Shown here in pieces: positions 31,908-41,551 of a DNA stretch of 64,000 nucleotides (the stretch's first letter is position 1; each line of letters starts with the position of its first letter). This DNA comes from Acidobacteria bacterium bin61 (GTDB lineage Bacteria > Acidobacteriota > Vicinamibacteria > Marinacidobacterales > SMYC01): assembly GCA_963578475.1 (NCBI GenBank), contig CAUZCL010000018.1, forward strand, positions 4,579 through 68,578, given 5' to 3'. A program made the translations under genes and the position numbers. The notes beneath the pieces are model-generated. The model searched no databases, was not told the origin of the DNA, and worked only from the letters and a program-made list of their open reading frames with translations.

Positions 31908-33029
31908 CGCACGTATGGTAAGCACCTTCATCTTAGGGCAGAGAGTAATTAAACTTCTCCAAGACCCGCTGGTGAGGGTGATACTAATTCCTGAATAATC
32001 TGTTTGATTGAGTCACCTGTAAATACTCTTAGGCAGCAAACTCATCGCTGTTCAAGGGGTTTCGGTTTGCTTCTGAGCGCGTGAGCGCCCATATGGCGAT
32101 GGCCTTTGATTCGCCGAAACTTCTTCTCCGCGGTCGCGGTGGCGAAGCGGAGAGCGGTCCATCGGCGAATCAAGGCATCGTTCGCTATCGTACGGATGGG
32201 CCGACGAATCTCGGCATCAATCCGTGGGCGGCGGAGTTTGGCTTGGATAGCGCCTGATTGAGCTCCGAGTCCAGTTTCGTCGGAATCGATTCCGATTCCA
32301 CCGCGCGAGAGTGTCGGCGTTGACGATGGCCAAGTGGCTCTCCCACGCCGGCCCCGAGCTTCGGCGCGCAACCTAGGCAACCTAGAAGGCTCGGTCAGTG
32401 TCTCCGAGGAGCGGGACCAATCCGAAATCTTTGCCCTTCGAGGTGCGCTTCGACACGGAGCGCACGACGGGCACGCTTCAACCACCTTCCTGAGCATCCT
32501 GCTCATGAATATCCAATCGTTCTCGATGATCGGCGCCGCCTATTTCAATCCAAAGCCCTCCGGCTATTTCGCAAACGTCGACCGCTGGATATGGGCGCCG
32601 GCATCGTCTTGATGATCCACCAAAGCCGATCGAGCGGGCGCTCAGTGCGGAGCTATCGCCACACTCGAGTTGGACGGTCGTATTTGTTAAACGTGGCGTT
32701 TCCTCTGCAAAGCAGGAGTGCTTCGTGGCGCGTGAGGAAGTTCCCGGAGCAAGAAGCCAGGGGTTCACATCGACGCAGCCCTGGAAAAGGCTGGGTGGGC
32801 GGTTCAGGACGCCAACAAGGCCAATTCTCTTCGCGCAGCGCGGCGTGGCGGTCTGTTGGCCGGGATTCTCGGTACGCCGTTTCGCGAAGAACCTGGCCAG
32901 GCATCCGATCCAGCTCGTTCGAGCCTACTCCGGATCCCGATTGAACCTCTGCTCAGGGGCCGATACAATCCCCTACAGGTCTCGATCTCTCGCTCATTAG
33001 CTTCATCCGATCAAGCGCTTCCCGAGGGC

Positions 33030-33107
33030 GTCGCGGTGGACGCCATGGGCAACGTATACGCGGGAGAAGTGGCGGGACGGAACCTGAACAAATTCGTCAA
33101 GAAATAA
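33030..33107 (+). pseudogene. C-terminal fragment of an NHL/SMP-30-like repeat protein
   Basis: LPEGVAVDAMGNVYAGEVAGRNLNKFVKK matches the NHL consensus (PxGxAVDxxGNxYVxDxxNxRIxKF). The upstream part of the frame is unrelated. Confidence 0.3.
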
Positions 33108-33153
33108 CGTACCTGGGCACGCATCTCTGTTTCCAGCGGAAGGAAGGTCGAAA

Positions 33154-34328
33154 ATGAAACCGGCTCGCCTTTTTTCTCTCCTGGGCCTCGCGGCCCTCTT
33201 GTCCTCATCGGCTGATACCTGGGCGCAGTCGGAGGTCTATTATCCGCCCCCGGGAGAGTGGGAGCACAAGAAGCCCGAGGAGGTCGGGATGGACTCCCGC
33301 CTGCTGGCGACGGCCATCGAGTACGCGAAGTCGCAGGAAGCGAGCAAGCCCATGGATTTCTCCGATCAGGAGGAGATCTTTGGCAAGTTACTGGGTCCCA
33401 TCCCGACGCTGCGCGCGCACACCAATGGCCTCGTCATTCGCCGTGGCTACATCGTCGCCAAGTTTGGCGACACGACCAAGGTCGCCCGACCTACAGCGCC
33501 GCTAAGAGCTACCTGTCGACGATCGCCGGACTCACCGTGGATCGCGGCCTCATCGCCGACGTCCACGATCCGGTAGCGGACTACGTGGACGACGGCGGCT
33601 ACGCGTCGCCCCACAATGCGATGGTCACCTGGTATCACCACCTCCAGCAGACGAGCGAATGGCAAGGCATCATGTGGGACAGGAAGGACGACTTCGTCGG
33701 GCACGAGGCGTTCGGCCAAGCCAAGCGCCCGCCCCGCAAGTTGCAAGCGCCCGGGACGTACTATGAGTACAACGACATCCGTATCAATCGGCTGGCGCTC
33801 TCGTTGTTGCGCCTGTGGCGAAAGCCGCTTCCAGAGGTCCTCAAAGACGAGGTCATGGATCCTATAGGTGCGTCCGACAGCTGGCGGTATCTCGGCTACG
33901 ACAACGCCGACGGCGCGATCGACGGTCAGGTGATGCGCTCGGTCACGGGAGGGACACGGTGGGGCGCGGGCATCTGGATCAACTCGTATGACCATGCTCG
34001 CTTCGGATATCTGTTTCTCCGCAACGGCAAGTGGAAGGATCGGCAGATCATCTCGGAGAAGTGGATTCGGATGGCCACCACTAGAGGGACCGTCGGGCGG
34101 GACTACGGGTATCTGTGGTGGTTGAACACCGAGGGTGACACGTGGCCTGAGGCACCCAAGACCGCCTTCCGCGCCAGCGGCAATGGCTCGAACACGGTGT
34201 GGATCGACCCCGAGCACGACCTGATCGTGGTCTGGCGGTGGCATCAGGGTCGAGCCTCGAACGAGTTCTATAAGCGCATCCTTCAATCCATCAAGACCCG
34301 CGCCACATCCGAAGTGGGTCTGGACTGA
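33154..34328 (+). pseudogene. Beta-lactamase-family serine hydrolase (class C / PBP-like) with a signal peptide, frameshifted near 33480
   Basis: Frame 1 (33154..33576) has the signal peptide up to ...KFGDTTKV. Frame 2 (33258..34328) continues [16 protein letters not shown] (the SxxK motif) through to the C-terminus. Confidence 0.65.
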
Positions 34329-34356
34329 CCGAGATCAGAACTGCGATGGCGCGGAG

Positions 34357-34744
34357 GTGCACAGCATGGGAGGTCCAAAGAGTCGACGGAGATTCTTCAA
34401 GGCCCTCGCCGCAGGCGCGGCGGTATCCGCTTCGGGAGCCCTTCCCCACCCCTCCGGCGCGCAAGCGCAGCGACCGGAAGGTATCCGTAGCTTCGACCAC
34501 GTCGCCGCTCCGATGCGACACACGGAAGCGATGGTTGCGTTCTACCGCGCCCTCGGCTTACAGGTGAAGGAAGGTTCCCAGGTCTGCTCCGTCCATTTCG
34601 GGGACCAGAAGAGCAATTTTCACCGTCCCGCGCTGTGGCAGCGCGAGACGTTCACGCTGCGTGCTCCCGCGGCACGGCCACCGGCACGAGCCTCTACGTG
34701 CGGGAACCGGACGGCAACCTCCTGGAGTGCATGATCTATTCCTG
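34357..34744 (+). pseudogene. Tat-exported VOC (glyoxalase/bleomycin-resistance) family protein, frameshifted near 34672
   Basis: A twin-arginine signal (SRRRFFKALAAGAAVS) and the VOC beta-alpha-beta core (IRSFDHVAAPMRHTEAMVAFYRALGLQV). The final strand (TGTSLYVREPDGNLLECMIYS*) lies in a third frame. Confidence 0.55.
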
Positions 34745-35254
34745 AGGATCGAAAAAATTAAGGTGGTCGGACCCGCGCGGGAGGTGAGGGAGGGCACTTC
34801 CGTGTGGTCGGGAGAGTGGTTCGTAGGTGGTCTGCCCATTTCTGGAGAGCACTGCGCATCTCGTCGAGGAAGCCGTGGCGCTGGTAGATGTGCGTCGCAT
34901 CCGAACCCGGAGGCTTGTTTGCAGCTGCACGAACTCCCGGTGCTCGCTTACCGCGTCGTTCGATATGGTGGTGGGCTTGTTCATGGCGCAATCCTCCTCC
35001 TCGCCTTTCCAGGCGGGTTTGGTTCTTGCTAACCGGAGGTTACGCCATTTCTATTTCCACGAGAAGCGGGACGGATCCGGAATGAGAGCCACGTCTCAGT
35101 GCATGTTCGGTAAGTAGTCCGAAGAAGCGTTCTACCATATTCATCCACGAGGCATGCGTGGGGAGTGAAGTGAAGATAAAAACGGGGGCGTTTGTCCGTG
35201 AACTCCGTGACTCTGCGCTGAATTCGTTTGTCCGCAGCGTTCTTCCGCGAAAGG

Positions 35255-36247
35255 TCAGGGCGCTCGCGCTGTCGTGTCGATCTCAGGATACAACCACGAG
35301 TGCTGCAGCCCCGGGTGCCGTGCGCCGTATCGGGCGGGAATATCCTGCGTCCAGTTGCTCGGAATGGTCAGACAGAATAGGAGAATGCTGGTCAGCGCCA
35401 ACTTCTGAGTCGCAAGCGGTGACTGTTCGCGAGGCGCGGCCTGCCGCCCGGCCGCAGCCCCCCCCCCGCCCGCCAGGCGTCCCAGCCGCCGCAGGCGCGA
35501 CCGGATCAAGAAAACGATCCCGAGCAGAGTCATGATGATGTTCAGGGTTTGCCCGGTGCCGAGAGCGAGTCGATGGGTCGGGTAGTCACGGAAGAGATCG
35601 ATGAAGATCCGCAGGTAGGCGTACCAGAACACAAATCGAGCCGCGGTAGCCCCGGGAGTCGGATTGGTCTTCCGAACCCTGAGGAGAAAGAGCATCAACA
35701 GGAGGTTCTTCGCGCCGTCGTAGAGAACGACCGGATGGCGAAACCCCTCGGCATCAGGGAACTTCACAGCCCACCACACGTCGGTCACGCTGCCGACGAT
35801 CAGTCCATCGATGAAGTTACCAATCCGGCCCATCCCCATCAGAAAGGCCCCCGGGATGACGAGCTCGTCGGCGAGGGCGAGGAACGACTTCTTGTAGGCA
35901 AGCGCGAACGCGACTACAGCGGCGGCCGCACCCAGCATCAGTCCGTGGGTAGCCATGCCGCCGAGCCAATAGGCTGATATCAACCTGGGATTCTGTCGGT
36001 AGAATGGCCACTCGTCGAACGTCACCTCGATGAGGCGACCGCCAATGAGCACGCCGATCACCATGAAGAGACTGAGCGTGTAGACCTCGCGCAGTGTCAG
36101 CCCGAGGCCGCGATGACGCCGGAGAAAAAGATGGATTTGGAGGAACCCGAGGGCGAAGCCAAGCCCGTACCACCAGAGGTACACACCACCAAGATCGACG
36201 AGCACCGGATCTATCCTGTGGACGAAAGGACCGAGCATCGCGAGCAC
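35255..36247 (-). CDS. lgt: Prolipoprotein diacylglyceryl transferase
   Basis: GRIGNFIDGLIVGSVTDVWWAVKFPD is the Lgt signature. It has multiple transmembrane helices. The C-terminal tail downstream of a G10 run (35458-35467) is of doubtful frame. Confidence 0.8.
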   Translation of the reverse strand: MLAMLGPFVHRIDPVLVDLGGVYLWWYGLGFALGFLQIHLFLRRHRGLGLTLREVYTLSLFMVIGVLIGGRLIEVTFDEWPFYRQNPRLISAYWLGGMATHGLMLGAAAAVVAFALAYKKSFLALADELVIPGAFLMGMGRIGNFIDGLIVGSVTDVWWAVKFPDAEGFRHPVVLYDGAKNLLLMLFLLRVRKTNPTPGATAARFVFWYAYLRIFIDLFRDYPTHRLALGTGQTLNIIMTLLGIVFLIRSRLRRLGRLAGGGGAAAGRQAAPREQSPLATQKLALTSILLFCLTIPSNWTQDIPARYGARHPGLQHSWLYPEIDTTARAP

Positions 36248-37239
36248 TCATCCTGCGGCAATGGTGCCGAAGGTGTCAAGTGGGGATCATCTTGTGGGGT
36301 AGGCATTCCACCCGGTAATCTGCTTACAAATCTCGTACCGCTGACCGCTGATGACTACGGTACGCGTCAATTTCTTTACCCACCCTCGACTCTCGCCCAT
36401 GGAATTTCAGCAGGACGGAGCTGGCGGGCGGAAATTGCTGATGCGATCGAACGTGCGGAGCGAATTCTTTTCTACGTCTCTGACGCTTCCCTATCATCGA
36501 CACAATGGGGCAACCTTTGCAGAAGTCGGCACATGGTCTTATCTTAGGACCGTCTCATGACAGCAATCCGATCCGCGATGCTCGTAACGTTGAACTTCGC
36601 GCTCGTCGCGACGGCGCCTTCGTTCGACGCCCGCTCGGTTTCCTCCTCCGACGACAGGCTCCAGAGCCGCTTGGCGTTTCGATCGGCGCTCAGCGCGTTG
36701 TCGACTACCCGGGCGACTGGCCGCAGCTCTTCCGCCCTTCTCGTGTAAGTGTCGGGGACTCTGCCCATCTTGTGGCGCGAAGCGAGCGGCGATTTTCTCC
36801 GAGTTGCTCCAACACAAGATTCTCGCGGATGTGCCTCACGCTCAATGGGTGTTCTCGATACCAAATGTTGAGACCCTACTGTCTACACCATCGAGAGCTT
36901 CTAGGTGCTCTCGCAAGACTCGCCTACGAAACCGCCCGTGAGATGATGGACGCCGCTGTCAATGAGCCCGACGCACGCCCTGGTATGGTCGTCTTAGCTT
37001 AGGGCCTCTGAAAGTCCGAATTCTGCGGACGGGCTACATCGCTCGGATCCTCCCCTGACTAGGCGAGGGGCAGATAGGAAGTTCAAGCTACGTTTCCGCT
37101 GACCGATAAGTAGGCATTCTGTCCACTAGAGACCGGTGAAGGGATAAGGCCCCGATACGGGGCAGATAAGGCGTCCTTATTGTTGGTCATAAACGCCCCA
37201 GCGGTAACTGACGGCGGAATGCGAACTGGGATACGCTGC

Positions 37240-37860
37240 CTTCGTCAATGTTCAGGAAGGCCTCATCACGATTATCGATACCGAAGACAGCCTGCGCGAA
37301 CTCTATCCGCCGCAATCCAAAATCGTGCGCCTCAAAACGCTGCCGGCGATTGATGAGCATCTCGCCCGATTCATTTCCCTGTCGCCGTTTTTGGTGATTC
37401 TAACCACCCCAACCGCGGTACGGATGTCAGCCCTCGTGGCGATACCCCGGGCTTTGTTGAGATAGTCGACGCAAATACCCTGATGATTCCCGACCGGCCC
37501 GGCAACAATCGCCTCGATACCCTGTCAAATATTATGTTGGCTTGGTGTTCTTTATACCGGGCGTCGAGGAAACCGCGCGCGTTAACGGGAATGCGCGGAT
37601 CGTCACAGACACGGAGAAGCTGCAAGAATTCGAGGTAAAGGGAACGGTGCTTTGCGCCGCGATCCTGATTGACGTGGCCGAGACGTCTCTGCACTGCGGA
37701 AGGCGCTGAAGCGTTCAAAGCTGTGGGGCAAGGAATACAGGATTGAACGCAGCGAACTGCCGACGCTGGGCAAGATTGTCTCGGACCAGATAAACGGTGA
37801 AATCAGTGTCGGGGACGCTGAAGCAGAAGTGAAAGCCAGTTATCTAGATGGGATGTGGTA
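37240..37860 (+). pseudogene. Pyridoxamine 5'-phosphate oxidase-family (FMN-binding split-barrel) protein with three or more frameshifts
   Basis: Pieces in three frames: PAIDEHLARFISLSPFLVILTT, DTPGFVEIVDANTLMIPDRPGNNRLDTLSNIM, and FIPGVEETARVNGNARIVTDTEKLQEFEVKGTVLCAAILIDVAETSLHCG. These are collinear with PPOX-class proteins (MSMEG-type). GC is lower than the flanks. Confidence 0.55.
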
Positions 37861-37968
37861 AGCCCCCTGATGGAAAAAACACTGTCTACCCAAGTCTAGA
37901 TATATTCGACCGAAAATTCACTGCGCATCAGAGTAGACTTGATTAAACCGTGCTGCAATTCTCTACGT

Positions 37969-38170
37969 CTAATCGCAGTACGGACCAACGAGCCTCCTGA
38001 CACCCAACCCCACAAGCCCCAACCCAAGCAGCAGGGCCGGCGAGGGTTCGGGGACCAGGGTCCAGCCTACGGCTACGGGGTCGAAGAAAGTAACCCCGTC
38101 GTCCGCCCACGCAGAGATGAAGTCGGTCGATGAGTCGTAGTACGGCGAGCCCGTAGTTTCCCCGACCTCC
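37969..38170 (-). pseudogene. PEP-CTERM sorting-signal fragment (C-terminus of an exported protein)
   Basis: ...FDPVAVGWTLVPEPSPALLLGLGLVGLGVRRLVGP* has VPEP, a hydrophobic helix and a basic tail. The ORF upstream is antisense to a GGT fragment. Confidence 0.4.
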
Positions 38171-38181
38171 GAGTTCACGAT

Positions 38182-38745
38182 TTGGTCGATCGTTACTCCG
38201 TCGACTCCGACAAGGCCTCTCCCGTCATGCGACCCCGGGATCTCGAAAGCGAGCCAGATGGCGCGACGACCCATCTCACCGTCGTCGACCGGGGCGGCAA
38301 CATGGTGGCCCTGACCCAGACTTTGGGAGCGGGGTACGGATCCAAGGTCATCGTCGGCGATACAGGACTCATTTTCAGCAACCAGATGCGGCACATGCAC
38401 CTCGATCCCCAAAGCCCGTCACAAATCCGGGCCGGCATCTGGCAGCGTCTCGCTCAGGTCATCGTGAATGTGCTCGACTTCGATATGAGCATTCAAGAAG
38501 CGACCGACGCTCCGAGGTTCGTCTACGGCGGACCCCAAGAGACGGGCGACGCCATCGCGCCCGTCTGGCACGTCGAACAAGGTATCGCGGCCAAAGCCAT
38601 CGACGCGCTCACCGAAATGGGACACCGCATCGAGGTCGTGCCGCGCGAAGGCGGCGCCGTCAACGGCATCACCCGCGACCCCGAAACGGGCGTGCTGGTG
38701 GGGGGCGCCGACCCGCGCAGGCGTAGCTACGCCATGGGCTATTGA
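38182..38745 (+). pseudogene. Fragment of a second gamma-glutamyltranspeptidase: the small subunit only, without the large subunit
   Basis: TTHLTVVDRGGNMVALTQTLGAGYGSKVIVGDTGLIFSNQM is the Thr-nucleophile region through to the C-terminus. The N-terminal ~380 aa are absent. Confidence 0.6.
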
Positions 38746-38852
38746 GCAAGTATGACGTCAACGATAGGAGCAGGGATAGCTCGAAGTGCGCCATCGCGAA
38801 GCCAGAATCGCGCCGTACCGCTTCCTCGTAGAGCCCGTAGGGTCAAGATATT

Positions 38853-39062
38853 CATGCGGCTTCCCGATGGTAGAAACGGAGCAACCCGCCAAGCCGTTCA
38901 CGGCACTGAATGGCGCTCTCTAAACCGTTAGTCTGAGCGATCGCGGGCTCGGGAAACAATAAGAGATTGTCCTTGCCTTGATGATTCCTCTCGTGGTGAT
39001 GATGGGCGACGTACTCCTTCAGCGCGTGACGCAGCGAGTTCTCCCCGATTTGGTTGGATCGT
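38853..39062 (-). mobile_element. C-terminal remnant of an rve-family DDE transposase, from the same family as the fragment at 3900-4110
   Basis: The minus-strand translation reads RSNQIGENSLRHALKEYVAHHHHERNHQGKDNLLLFPEP...RERLGGLLRFYHREAA*. This is the characteristic C-terminal tail of that transposase family. It is preceded by an in-frame stop and lies ~140 bp from the tRNA-Ala 3' end. Confidence 0.55.
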
Positions 39063-39199
39063 CAGTAATTTGGTGCCGAGGGGGAGTATTCGAGCCCAAG
39101 CCGAGACCTTAAGCCGATTTACAGGACTTACGCGCCCCCTAAGTGTCCCCTATTCTCATTCTGGCCCGCCTTCTCATCCCTGTAACTCGTTGATTTAAT

Positions 39200-39275
39200 T
39201 GGTGGAGCTGACGGGGATCGAACCCGTGGCCTCCTGAATGCCATTCAGGCGCGCTCCCAGCTGCGCCACAGCCCC
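39200..39275 (-). tRNA. tRNA-Ala (anticodon GGC)
   Basis: The reverse complement is GGGGCUGUGGCGCAGCUGGGAGCGCGCCUGAAUGGCAUUCAGGAGGCCACGGGUUCGAUCCCCGUCAGCUCCACCA. It folds as a cloverleaf: a 7-bp acceptor stem with the G3:U70 Ala identity pair, a GCGC D-stem, a CCUGA/UCAGG anticodon stem, the loop AUGGCAU giving anticodon GGC, a T-arm ACGGG-UUCGAUC-CCCGU, and an encoded CCA. Confidence 0.9.
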
Positions 39276-39592
39276 ACAAAAGGAATCTCTTATCCTAGGC
39301 CGAGCCGGTGACTCGAGTCAACAAAACGAGGGGTTTGGCGAGAGGAGTGAATGGAAGCGAGGGCCTGATTAAAGGAGGGTAAAACCAAGGAGCGTTTTTA
39401 AGGAAGTATGCCGCCCGAAGGCGAGCGGTGGTCCAGTCTCATCAGTATTCTTATTGGGTATGGGGCCCTCGCCCCACTCAAACCATAGTAAGCATAGAAC
39501 TCGCCATAACGCAAATCCCGATCATCAACATGTGAAATAGAGAATTTATATGTCGGGGAAGCGCTTCGCATGACACGTTGACTCCGAAGGCT

Positions 39593-39963
39593 TTAGCTGG
39601 ATAGATGAGTCCGGAGAGCGATCCCGCTCCTGCGATCCATGAGCTCTTGCAGCGATGTTTCTTGCGGCTCCGTGAGCTCGACAAACCGTATGGCCACGCG
39701 ATACTTGACCGCCGGCTGGCCGGCGTTGCCGCGATCGAATCCTTGCACGTAGCTGCGAACGACCTCTGCCTCGAAAGCCGCGGCGTCCGACGCCACGACC
39801 TTGAGGATGTAGCGGCGTTGGCGCTAAGTGTCGAGGGCATCTCTAGGAGCGCTCCAGAGAGCGAGACGTCCACGAGCGGAACGTCGATCTTGCCCTGCAG
39901 CTCGCCCGCGATGGGAACGCGAGGGTGCTCTCGCCGTTCATTTCCTTGCCATGCAACCGACAT
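39593..39963 (-). pseudogene. Small PilZ-domain protein, frameshifted
   Basis: Frame A (39478..39963) has RREHPRVPIAGELQGKIDVPLVDVSLSGALLE, which is the RxxxR...DxSxGG motif. Frame B (39593..39796) has VVRSYVQGFDRGNAGQPAVKYRVAIRFVEL, which is the PilZ C-terminal half. Confidence 0.5.
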
Positions 39964-40060
39964 GTGCAGCGCCCTTCCAGCGTGGAAGACGTTGCTTAGG
40001 TTTTAGTGTCTGTAAGGCCCATGATACTCGCTAGATGCAGCGAGCGCAATTTCCAGCTTT

Positions 40061-40264
40061 CAGTATTCAGAATTCAGGATCATGGACTCCGCATCCAGTT
40101 GCGGGCTCGGGTTTAACTCACGGTGGGCTCCTAATTATTTTCCTCGACTGAGGATACCGGCTTTCGTGGTCGTCCTATGTCCTTAGGCACTCGCATCTGA
40201 GACAGGCCGACTTCTCAACGGACTGCACAGAGCCCTGTCTCAAGGAGCTGAATGCTGAATGCTG
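40061..40264. repeat. A ~200-bp element bounded by inverted heptad-repeat termini. 'cagtattcagaattcagga' (40061-40079) faces 'ctgaatgctgaatgctg' (40248-40264). An internal hairpin lies at 40191-40246.
   Basis: Direct reading of the sequence. The terminal motifs match the (CATTCAG)n family found at 48116, 49501-49634 and 62081. Confidence 0.6.
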
Positions 40265-40266
40265 TA

Positions 40267-41523
40267 TCAATGAATCTTGGTCGTCTTGCGCTTCACGTAA
40301 TCCATCAGCACGTACTGCCCGAGCTGGGCGGGCGTCGTGAAATAAGCCTTGCCTTGCACGATTTCAGTGACTTTCTTCACGAAGCCCACGAGGGAGTAGT
40401 CGCGCGCGAGCATGAACGTGTTGATCATGATCCCTCTTCGGCGGCATTCGACGACCTGTTTGAACGTCTGGTCGAGGATGAGCGGGTCGAGGCCGAAGGG
40501 GTTCTTGTAGATGCGCCCATCTTCGAGGGTGAGCGCCGAGGGTTTACCATCCGTAATCATGATGATTTGGCGCATGTCGGAGCGTTGGCGCATGAGAATT
40601 TCTTGAGCGAGCCGGAGCCCCTCCGCCGTGTTCGTGTGGAACGGGCCGACTTGAACTCTCGCGAGGCGGGATAAAGGCACTTCCTCGGCGCTGTCGTGAA
40701 ATAGCACCAAATGCAGCTTATCGCCTAGAAATTGAGTGCGGACGAGGTGGGACAGCGCGAGGGTGACGCGCTTTGCCGGGGTGAAGCGGTCCTCGCCGTA
40801 CAGGATCATGCTGTGGCTGCAGTCCAGCATGAGCACGGTCGCGCACGAGCTTCGATATTCCGCCTGGTGCACGTGCAGGTCATCCGGGGTCAGGTTTAGG
40901 GGAACACCGAGTCCTTCGCGCCTCACCGCGGACAGAAGCGTGCGCGAGACGTCCAAGTTCAACGTGTCGCCAAACTCGTAGCGTTTCGAGCTTCCTATGA
41001 CCTCAACGCCTGTCGAGAGCTCCTGGGTCTCGTGCTGGCCGAGGTTCGCGCGTCCCAATCCGCCAAGCAAGTCTTTGAGCGCTTTGAAACCGAGGAAATC
41101 GACTGACTTGTCGGTGAGCTCGAAGCGCATCGAGCGGGGCTGCGCAACATCGCCCATCTCGTCCGTCTCAGGATGCCCCACGGCCGTGAGGTTCGGGTCC
41201 CGGGGCGTAATGTTCACATAGCCCTCGTCCTGCATGCGCTGGATGATCTCGTCGAGAATCTCGCGCAGGCGCGAATCCTCGAAACTCTCGGCATCTCCCA
41301 TGAGCCGCTCGATATCCGCCTGCGTGAGCCTTCCTTGCTGGAGGAGCGCTCTCAGGATGGCCTCTCGGAGCGACTGCATCACGTCGTCCGATAGCTCATG
41401 GAACCCGTACATGTCCTGGAATCCGCTATCGAGGAAGTAGTCCGAGAGCCCTTCGAGCAAGTCGGTGATATCAAAATCGTCGAACAGGTCGGGACGAAAT
41501 TTGCTGTACTTGGTCATCGACAT
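40267..41523 (-). CDS. von Willebrand factor A (VWA) domain protein, partner of the upstream AAA+ ATPase
   Basis: A C-terminal VWA fold (LMLDCSHSMIL...ITDGKPS, with a MIDAS-like DxSxS). The N-terminal acidic helical region is typical of ChlD/CoxE-like partners. Confidence 0.65.
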   Translation of the reverse strand: MSMTKYSKFRPDLFDDFDITDLLEGLSDYFLDSGFQDMYGFHELSDDVMQSLREAILRALLQQGRLTQADIERLMGDAESFEDSRLREILDEIIQRMQDEGYVNITPRDPNLTAVGHPETDEMGDVAQPRSMRFELTDKSVDFLGFKALKDLLGGLGRANLGQHETQELSTGVEVIGSSKRYEFGDTLNLDVSRTLLSAVRREGLGVPLNLTPDDLHVHQAEYRSSCATVLMLDCSHSMILYGEDRFTPAKRVTLALSHLVRTQFLGDKLHLVLFHDSAEEVPLSRLARVQVGPFHTNTAEGLRLAQEILMRQRSDMRQIIMITDGKPSALTLEDGRIYKNPFGLDPLILDQTFKQVVECRRRGIMINTFMLARDYSLVGFVKKVTEIVQGKAYFTTPAQLGQYVLMDYVKRKTTKIH

Positions 41524-41551
41524 CGGACTAGTCCTGGCCCCTAACTTAGTT

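Noticed and set aside
32042-32506. ORF tail ...IRTIANDALIRRWTALRFATATAEKKFRRIKGHRHM considered as an IS256 transposase C-terminus
   Set aside because: The similarity to the IS256 'IYTTNAIESLNRQLRKVTK' region is too weak to support. The strand and position do not fit the N-terminal fragment at 30593-31234. It is mentioned only as a low-confidence possibility in the junkyard finding.
39222-39240. A match of the heptad-repeat motif (cctgaatgccattcagg) inside the tRNA-Ala gene
   Set aside because: This stretch is the anticodon stem-loop of the tRNA (CCUGA-AUGGCAU-UCAGG). The similarity to the CTGAATG repeat is coincidental, or at most ancestral. It is not an element copy.
40252-40674. Plus-strand ORF beginning ATGCTGAATGCTG (MLNAVSM...) inside the repeat element
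   Set aside because: It is antisense to the VWA gene throughout and has no homology. The ATG is provided by the repeat motif. It is treated as spurious.
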